64,000 bases of DNA, taken from Camelus dromedarius. Lineage: Eukaryota. Shown one piece after another: positions 55,929 to 64,000 of the stretch; the stretch's first letter is position 1; every line of letters starts with the position of its first letter. Both the position numbers and the translations under genes were made by a program. The DNA lies in assembly GCF_036321535.1 (NCBI RefSeq), contig NC_087438.1, forward strand, positions 8,434,001-8,498,000, written 5' to 3'. Under the pieces are notes generated by a model that worked only from the letters and a program-made list of their open reading frames with translations, did no database searches and had not been told where the DNA came from.

Positions 55929-56102
55929 TAGGAGTCCTTAACCTGGGGCCAAGACTCCCAGGGCTTACAGGAGACTTGGAATATTTTAAATTGTCTCTGA
56001 AAAGCTGGATGCCTGTGCACTTGTGAATTTTACTAAGCAGTCTCTAAGCTTATATAGAATTCTCAAAGACATCTATGAACCCTAAATGGTGAAGAACTTG
56101 GC
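55929..56102. mobile_element. hAT-Charlie MITE (MER103-like)
   Basis: aggagtccttaacctggggcc ... agaattctcaaagacatctatgaaccctaaatggtgaagaacttggc, with degenerate terminal inverted repeats. Confidence 0.5.
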
Positions 56103-57974
56103 ATTAAAGAGTACAGTATAGATTAAACACACAGTGGTCTTTTTCTTTAGAAAGGTGGTAAAACTTGCTTAATTTCAGAAGAGCAGACATAGCCATGGTC
56201 TGATCTTTTGGCCACTAAATCCTTTGCTCCAATGAAATGCCACACAGAGCCCAACAGATACAGCAAAGTCCTACTGCTAAAAGCAGGAGTCAGAGAGCCT
56301 GGAAATCTGGAGCAGAATTTGAAAATACTGTATTGGAATATGGTTCAAGGGGCCAAATACGTGTTATATGAATTCATCTTCTACCTCTTCAAGTGGAAGT
56401 TCTCTAAATGACACACCTTGGCTCAAATTTGTGACAGTTATAACATCTGAAATAAATTATGTAGCGGACTAGTTAAAAGAGACGTACCCCTACCTCAAAG
56501 AGCTGCATGCAAGATGCCCCAAGTCACCATCCTGTATCAGACCATCTGGCATTAATGCAAAACTAGACTGACAGTTACCACAGAGGGAGGTTTTTGTGCT
56601 GAGCAGTGATTGCCTACCATGAGATCAGCCTCAAACACCAGCAGAGGCTACTGAAAACCCCCAACTTCCTGTCAGTAATCTGCTAGGGTTCACTTACTCC
56701 TTTGTGCGAAAGTAACAGGCAAAAATGTAACCACATGTAAATTTAAATATGTCAGTAAGCCCACGCAAATGTAATCATTTTTTCAAGCAGTAAAATTCAG
56801 GTTTTTTAAGCTTTTCTATTTGGTGCAATATTGATAATATTATTAAAAACAGTTTATTTTTATTTGATGAATAATATTTCCAGTCGATTTGGAAACTATT
56901 GTGATACAGGATGAGTCATGTCAAACTTAGCCTTCGCCCTAGACGCTGTTTAAGGAGAGAACTCTCATAATTTTGATTTGCTTTACAACCAGATTCCATA
57001 TATCAGGACCTAATAAAAAAGCAAATGAAAAACATGCAAATTTATACCCAATCAATTTTCAAAGGAAATCATCATGTAGAAGCCATTAAATTCGTTTTTT
57101 AATACTAAGAGAAGGAACAATAGGGTTGATCCATAGACATTATCTTTTACGTCCTGTACTTTTCTGTTCTGAACAATTTGTTAAAGAAGATAAAATACTG
57201 AGCGTGTCAGGCAAGAAGAGACAGTACGTTAATCTGTAGGATTGAAACTGGTTATCAAATAATACTGAACAGAAGGAAACTCAAGTACAACTTAAAAAAG
57301 AACTGAATAAATTTTAATGTTACTGTGTCATTAATTTTTCAATAAATATACAGAATAGTTCACTGGAATACATTTCAAGCCGAAATCAATTTGCTTATTT
57401 TTTGATGGAGAACAAAACAGTGCTAGCTTTTGTCTGAAACTGATTTCTAGGCTAGCTGTGTTGATTATATTATTACAGTCACTTAAATTCTCATTTGCAA
57501 AATGGAAATAATATATATCTATCTATCTCCAACTTGACCTAAGGAGTGTATTTTTTCAACTGTAAAATACTACTCTTTTTGTGTTACCTTACAGCCTTTT
57601 CTGCATACAGGAGAGACAGTCCTTAACAACTAACTTCAAATGCTGGCAGTTTTCCAACTACAACACTGTTCAACTGGAAATGCGGCCAGCAGCGCCTCAC
57701 TTCTTACATCCAAATCCAGCCTACTTTTCCTTCTGTCCCACAAAATGCCCATCTTGTCTGACTTTAAAGGAGCAGTCAGAAAGGGTTTTTATCAGACAGC
57801 AAAACAAAGAGGATGAAGATGCCACGTGTGGATATTAAATCCCTCCGTTAAAAGGTGGGAAAAGGGCAGTTTTTACCACGTTGTCTTTTCAGGAATTATT
57901 CCACCATTCTGATTTCACACAAGAAAAGATGACAGGAATTCAATGGGCAGTTAAAAGAGAAAAAGACATAGCCT

Positions 57975-58150
57975 AAAGTCTTGGACAGCAGGCAAGAACT
58001 TGGATACTTGAGTTGGAGGAAATTGGACATAAAATTTCATCTGCCATGTATCTGCTGTAGGACCTTGCAGAAGTCATGTAACTTACAGGTATAAATCATG
58101 TAACTTACATATCAGTTTCCTCATTGTAGAATTGAGAACAAGAAGTGCTA
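57975..58150 (+). mobile_element. MIR SINE, degraded, with internal 14-bp duplication
   Basis: ctgccatgtatctgctgtaggaccttgcagaagtcatgtaacttac...tcagtttcctcattgtagaattgagaacaagaa; tcatgtaacttaca occurs twice. Confidence 0.6.
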
Positions 58151-58507
58151 GCCTGAGACGAGCAGAGCCGAGCACAGGAAGGTTTAGGTCATCCTGCCAG
58201 GCAACATCAGTAACTACAAGTGTTCCTCCACCTCATTTTCCCCCAACTCTCTTGATATTTGACATCACTTTCTCACAGAGAATACCTCCCCATGGGGGAC
58301 TTATAGCTTGCGCTATTTTACCTAATGAGCTGACGTGGATCATGTCACAAGGAGAATGTGGCCTCTTTCCTTCCTACAGGATTTCATGGAGGGCTATGGA
58401 ATGTTCTTATGGTTCTGCTGTTTGCAGAGGAGTCCAAGGGGCAAACCACATGAGACACCCTGGTTTCCAGAAAGGACTAGGGACGGAGCACGTGTCTGAT
58501 GCCTTGG

Positions 58508-58973
58508 TGAACCAGCTTGAATACTCTCCCCCATAATTTATGTCAACCAGAACCTGTGAATGTGATCTTATTTGCAAACAGGGTCTTTGCAGATGTCCTC
58601 AAGCTAAGATGAGGTCTTACTGGATTGGGTTGGGAGTTAGCCCAATGATTAGAGTCCTTCTAAGAGGAAAATTTGGACACAGACACAGAGAGGGAAAACA
58701 GCCACACGATGATGAAGGTAGAGACTAGGGGATGCTGCCACCAGCCAAGGAACACCAAGGACTGCCAGCAACCAACCGAAGTGAGAAGAGTCAAGGAAGA
58801 AACCTCCCCTAGAGCCTTAAAAGGGGAGCATGGCTGGCCCTTCTGACACACTGATTTAAGACTTCAAGCCTCCAGAATTGTGATAGAATAAATGTTGATT
58901 GCTTTATGCCACTCAGTTATAAACTGGTATATAATTTGGTAATTTGTTATGGCGGCCTTAGGAAACAAGTCCA
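58508..58973 (+). mobile_element. MaLR solo LTR, MLT1C-like, full length
   Basis: TG...CA termini; agaacctgtgaatgtgatcttatttgcaaacagggtctttgcagatgt...agccaaggaacaccaaggactgccagcaacc...gcctccagaattgtgatagaataaatgttg...ggcggccttaggaaacaagtcca. Flanks cttgg (58503-58507) and cctgg (58974-58978) give a 4/5 TSD. Confidence 0.9.
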
Positions 58974-59319
58974 CCTGGGGAGGGGAAAGGTGCCCGAATC
59001 CTGGTTTAGCTGTGGTCATGAGAATGCAGGGCAAAACGTCCACCTCATCAGCCAGCGAGCAAGATGAAGGATGCTGAAAACACTGGGACTGGAAATTGTC
59101 AGCTCCCATTCCACCAACAATGCTTTCTAAAGAATGTATTGATATAATTTAACTCCTAATCATAAGCCTCTGCTGAGCATGCAAACCTGTCTGTATGGAC
59201 AGGGATGGGGAAAAGCAATAGATGCAATGCATGAGACTCTAAAAGAACCACCATTATTTAAATATATACTATATGATAGGATTAATACGTATGTTCTTTT
59301 TATCCACAGAATCAGAAAT

Positions 59320-59430
59320 GCAATACTGAAAATCTCAAGTATTGCATAGATGGGAAAACTGAGATTTAGAAAGATTAATTAACATATTCCACCTCACCAA
59401 CAGTGGATGAGTGACTGATCTGGGATTTCC
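59320..59430 (-). mobile_element. MIR fragment
   Basis: catagatgggaaaactgagatttagaaagattaattaac...ctgatctgggattt. Confidence 0.55.
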
Positions 59431-60524
59431 AAAATATATCTGATTGTAGCTGTTACATGATGCTTTATCCTAGCCTATTCCCAAAGTAATCAGGCAGCAA
59501 GTAAAAATTGCAAGTTCCTTAAAAAAAAAAAAAGATACATTCTTGAATACTAAAGGATAGAAATATTTTATTTTTAAACATTTTGTGGTTACAGGTCCTT
59601 AATAATAATGATCAAAATAACTGAATACCTGAGAACTAGGAAGCATCCTATAATTAAAAATTAGGTAAGTTATATACTACTGGCTATTGGTGCTTGCAAT
59701 AAAAACAGTATTTTAAATCCAGATTTTTAAAAAGGACAATCTAGGGGATAATTATTTGTTAAAAAAGCATTCACCTTCATTAAGTGAGTCTCAACAAATA
59801 TGTAACATTCATGACATATATGGGTGGGGTAAAATTTTTGCTATTTCAAAAAAAATTGTATAAACACATTTCAGTTGTATTCATTGTATAAGCTCACTTT
59901 CAATTACCTTGTTTTAATATACTCAATGAATTGTTTAAATAAGTTATCATAATTGACCTTCACTTGAGCAAAATGTCAAGAAACACCTCTTGGCACATGA
60001 GTTTGCCTCTCAGCTACAAATGAATCACCTTTCTCTTCAATAAGCAGGGTCTTTGTACACAATTGCTTTAACAATAGCCATCCATCATTAGTCCAAAGAT
60101 GGCATTCTGCCCGTAACTAGACAATCAGTTCATTGACTGTTGATTACAAAACACTCCTTGAGTCAGGTTTACCTTGACATTTCATATGTCAACGTTCAAT
60201 ACACTGAATGTGTTAGATGCAAAGTTTATATTCGTTTTTTCCCATTCAGTATGCCTAACTCCAGTGAATGAGGTTGCCTTGGTTCTTGCTTCCAGCCCTA
60301 GATCAAGTTCTGAGCCCAGGAACATGGAGTTGGCTGATTGGCCAGGCACGGGTCAGAGCCTCACTTGTGAATCTCAGACAGAGGCCACCATAAAAACTAG
60401 GAAGAGTGAGCTTCTCCAGTAAGTATTAGGGACTGTGCCCAAAGTAGGGAACTGGATGTTTGATTGGAAAAAAAAAAAAAAACAGGAATCTTCCAAAGTT
60501 ATCCTACAGCCAACATTTTTATTT

Positions 60525-60680
60525 TTAGTTCTCAGCCATCAGTCATTCACCTGAAAAACTTAGTAAAAAATACAGAAGCCCAGGCCCCAACTCTTTCAGT
60601 AACCCTAGGCCACCGTGGTTCCTTTATTAGCTCTCCAGGTGGGGGTTCTGACACACCTGAGTATTTGAGAAGCACTGAGC
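60525..60680. mobile_element. MER5A/B-like hAT MITE
   Basis: agttctcagcc...tcacctgaaaaacttagtaaaaaatacagaagcccaggcccc...agctctccaggtg...ttctgac...tttgagaagcactg. Confidence 0.6.
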
Positions 60681-60889
60681 TAAGGCATAAGCTTGCAAGT
60701 TTCAGCAGCAGGTATTTGGCTCTAAGTCAGTCCCAGAATAAAACAATTTCAGAGCCCAAAGATAATGCAGTTACTGCCTGCCAGTCCTTGCACTATTGGT
60801 ATCAACCACCTGTCACTGATACTTTAAATTTTTGAACCCAAATCTGCAGGCCAAAGGACGTGAACGGTCAGTGAGTCCTCCAGGGGACT

Positions 60890-61425
60890 CTGAGCCTGGG
60901 GATCAAGGTCAGCATCAATGGAGATGTCATGTTGACAGGAGGTAACCTCAACAGGACGTGATGGGAATGAGTACTTTATCCCTGAGGTCTTCCTTCCAAA
61001 CCCCATGACCCTGGTCTATCATGAGAAAAACATCAGATAAATCCCAGCGGAGGGATGTTCTAAAAAACACCTGACCAAGACTCCTCAAAACTGTCCAGAT
61101 CATCAAAAATAAGGAAAGTCGTAAAAACGGCCCAGCTAAGAGCCTAAGGGGACGTGACTATGAAATGTTAACGTGGAATCCTGGATAGGACCCTGGAACA
61201 GGAAGACATTAGGAAAACTCAGAAGAAATCTGAATAAACTAAGGACTTAAGTCAGTAATAACGTATTAATATTGGCTCACTCATAGTGACAAACGTAATA
61301 TAAGAATGTACAACATTAATAACAGGAAAAATGGGGTGTGAGGCATATAGAAACTCTCTCTATATCTTCACAAGAGTTCTATAAATCTAAAAGTGTTCTC
61401 AAATAAGAACGTTTACTTTAAAAAA
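60890..61425 (+). mobile_element. L1MC/MD-like 3' UTR
   Basis: gatcaaggtcagcatca...atcatgagaaaaacatcagataaatccc...ctcctcaaaactgtccagatcatcaaaaataaggaaagtc...ggaatcctggataggaccctggaacag...gaaatctgaataaa...ttctataaatctaaaagtgttctcaaataa. Confidence 0.85.
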
Positions 61426-63107
61426 TGCCCAAAAATCAGTTACTATAAAAAAATACAGAAATAGATGCATCTCTTAATTTTTTTAGCCTAGAATGTAATA
61501 TACACTTTATCTCTCATCTTTGTATGGAAGAACAGGCCATTTTGGGGTCTGGGTCTCAGATCCAAAGGCCACGTTATCCTCAGCCATGATACATGATGCA
61601 TGGTGCGTCCTCTACGAGTGTAAATTTCAGTTAATTGCAAATGGGGGGGGGATTAAAAAACAAAACTGTGAAACAGATTGAGTGCAGACCAACTTTGAAT
61701 TTTTATGATTTTTTTTAACCATATCTTTTACTGGTTTCTCACATTCCTTAAAACAACAGTCATCCTTTCATTCTCACCTTCCAGCATTCATCTTGCTTCC
61801 ATTGAAGCAGCAGCGTTCACTCCACCCTTCCACTCCATTGGTTTACATGCTATTTAGCTAAATTACCAATTTATGGACACAAGGGACACAAACAAGGCCT
61901 GGGGGGAAGGGGGGGAATTGTAGGCTGCCTTGTACAGAAAGGCCCCAAAAAGCTGCTGACACCAGTCTGTATATACCATGGGTTGTAACACAGTTATGAT
62001 ATGGCTTGTAACATTGGTAATGAGTCGGTGGACCCAGTAAATCACTTAGATGGAGATCAACTGTTATCACAGCTTTTTCTGGACTTAAAACATCTACCTC
62101 AGTTATATGAGAATTTGCCAGTTGTTGACGTATAAACATCAAATGGTTTCATTTGTTCCAGTCATTTCTACCTGCTGTGATTTGTCAATCTGCCCTTTCC
62201 TGTGGGGTGGCTGCTTTCCTTCAAGATAGCTCAGTCCAATTTATCAGATTTTCATTGACTTGGTTATTAAAACAGTCTTGTTTCGGTTCATAGGACTTAA
62301 TGCTTGTCGATTCTAAGACTCTAACATCATTCTCAAGTCAATCATCTGTTTTCTAGTGGACAGAGGGGAGAGGCGACCCCTGGCAATCTATCTCTTCTCT
62401 CTTCCTTGTCTATGATTTGGGAAAGGACAAGAGGAGGATTAAAAAAGGGGACCTTCCTGTGACTGTCCCTGTTGAGTGTGACATCTTTCTGGAAGGGGAC
62501 CCACTCGTCTAGCTCCTGGAAACACGAAGCTCTCCTATCAAGTCACATGCCTGGGAGCACCACACCACTGTGTCCCCTGGGAAGCCGAGAGCTCCCGTCT
62601 CATCTGCCTTCTGCAGCCCAATTCTGAGCCCCCAGGCACGGGTTGGGCTCACCCTTCACACCTCTCAGAAATCAAAATTCAATGCAATGCCAGTCACCCA
62701 CCACAACACTTCTCCACCGTCAACTTCAGCAAGCCCGGGGAAGGAGCTGCCATGGCGATGTCATTCTCCACTCGTGTTGGCATCCCCCTGCTCTGCCGGT
62801 GGCTGTCATTACCCCAGGAAGGGACCACCCTCCAGTCTCCCCTCTGCCTCCTCTCCACCTGGAGAAGACAGGGTGGGAATCTCTCTGCTCACCCTGCATG
62901 GCCCCCCAAGGCCACCACGAGCCCTCTCTCTGTCCTCCCAACGGGGGAGAGCCGAGGCTTTGGGGAATACCCTGTGACATGGCACCTTTCGTCACCCCTG
63001 CATGAGAGCCCATGGCTGGCAAATCTCTGAAGGCAAAAAGTGCCCAAATCCCTGGACTCCCATCCCAAGTTCAGAGAAGATCCCACCTAGCATGTCCACC
63101 CCAGTTA

Positions 63108-63296
63108 CACAGATAGATGATCCCTCACTGCATCCTACAGGGAGAGGGACCAGGAGGTGGCCAGGGGCTGCACAGATAGATGATCCCTCACTGCATCCTA
63201 CAGGGAGAGGGACCAGGAGGTGGCCAGTGGCTGCACAGATAGATGATCTCTCACTGCGTCCTACAAGGAGAGGGACCAGGAGGTGGCCAGGGGCTG
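63108..63296. repeat. Minisatellite, exactly 3 copies of a 63-bp unit
   Basis: Unit cacagatagatgatccctcactgcatcctacagggagagggaccaggaggtggccaggggctg starts at 63108, 63171 and 63234. Copy 2 differs from copy 1 by 1 nt and copy 3 by 3 nt. Confidence 0.95.
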
Positions 63297-63346
63297 GCAG
63301 GGGCTTTTCAATGGTGCAATGAAGCGGTCACGGAAAGCTGAAGCTG

Positions 63347-63446
63347 GGAGTGAGGCATATCTTGGCGGTAGAGCGTGTGCGTAGCATTCACAGGGTCCTG
63401 GGTTCAACCCCCAGTATCTCTATTTAAACAAAGGGAAGAAAATAGA
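63347..63446 (+). mobile_element. tRNA-derived SINE, camelid Vic-1-like, with TSD
   Basis: gg..gcatatcttggcggtagagcgtgtgcgtagcattcacagggtcctgggttcaacccccagtatctctatttaaa has a degraded A box, an intact B box (ggttcaacccc, 63401-63411) and an A-rich tail. acggaaagctg is duplicated at 63330-63340 and 63447-63457. Confidence 0.75.
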
Positions 63447-64000
63447 ACGGAAAGCTGGAGATGCTTGAAACAAGCGGTACTTTTCTTCCCTACCACTTCC
63501 CCAAGGCCAGCCCTGCGAGAAGACAGGGCAGTGACATCACTGGGGATCCAAGGAGCCCACCCCCTGTTGGCCAGTCATTTCCACACTGAGTGGAGGACAA
63601 GGAATGGAAAATCCCTGAGGCCATGGATTTCTACAAGCATTTCTTTAACCAATTAAGGGCTCTCTATTTCTCTCAGATTTAAAAGTGATAACCTCCTTAA
63701 CCTTTGTTCCAAGCAGATGACTTTATTCCCTTTTTATAGGCACTGCTTTATCTAAATACACTGATAATAAACTGTTTTCAAGACAGTTATGGAAAGGAAC
63801 TATGTTAACATACAATTACCATGGCAGTCCCTGAGTGTTCTACAAATACTGTCTCTCTGCACCTTCCTGGCAAGCTGATAAGGTACAGAACACAAATTCC
63901 ATTTCCAGAGGAGGGAATTAAGTACAACCTAGCTTGAGGTCCACCCAGCTGAGTAAAAAAAAGCCCTTGCCTTTCCAACTCCAAGCTGCCTGTTCCCACT

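Noticed and set aside
63108..63296. Possible CRISPR-like array
   Set aside because: The units are contiguous with no unique spacers, there are no cas genes, and the context is mammalian.
63002..63322. 106-aa ORF with three 21-aa repeats (QIDDPSLHPTGRGTRRWPGAA)
   Set aside because: A by-product of a 63-bp (multiple-of-3) minisatellite. It is antisense to the host gene, has no recognisable domain, and has no promoter or splice support.
63347..63420. Functional tRNA gene
   Set aside because: The degraded A box and stems, A-rich tail and TSD indicate a retroposed SINE.

Overview
Mammalian intronic DNA: AT-rich, CpG-poor and full of old interspersed repeats. The only coding sequence I can support is a single 137-bp exon on the minus strand (30585-30721). 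It has canonical AG/GT boundaries and translates to (G)[45 protein letters not shown], which matches coding exon 2 of CTNND2 (delta-catenin). The rest of the window is therefore most likely intron 1 (right of the exon) and intron 2 (left of it). The repeats include MaLR/MLT1 solo LTRs, L1M fragments, L2, MIR and hAT-Charlie MITEs (MER3/MER5/MER103-like). There are also two short cetartiodactyl-type L1 3' ends with target-site duplications and one tRNA-derived SINE resembling camelid Vic-1, which together point to a camelid genome (inference). Repeat subfamily names and boundaries come from visual recall of consensus sequences and are approximate. I found no convincing evidence of a new biological system. 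The best second-look items are a 3x63-bp minisatellite carrying a CTCF-like motif, a small CpG-dense patch next to an LTR, GC-shifted substitutions and an in-frame ATG in the exon, and clean TSD-flanked insertions.
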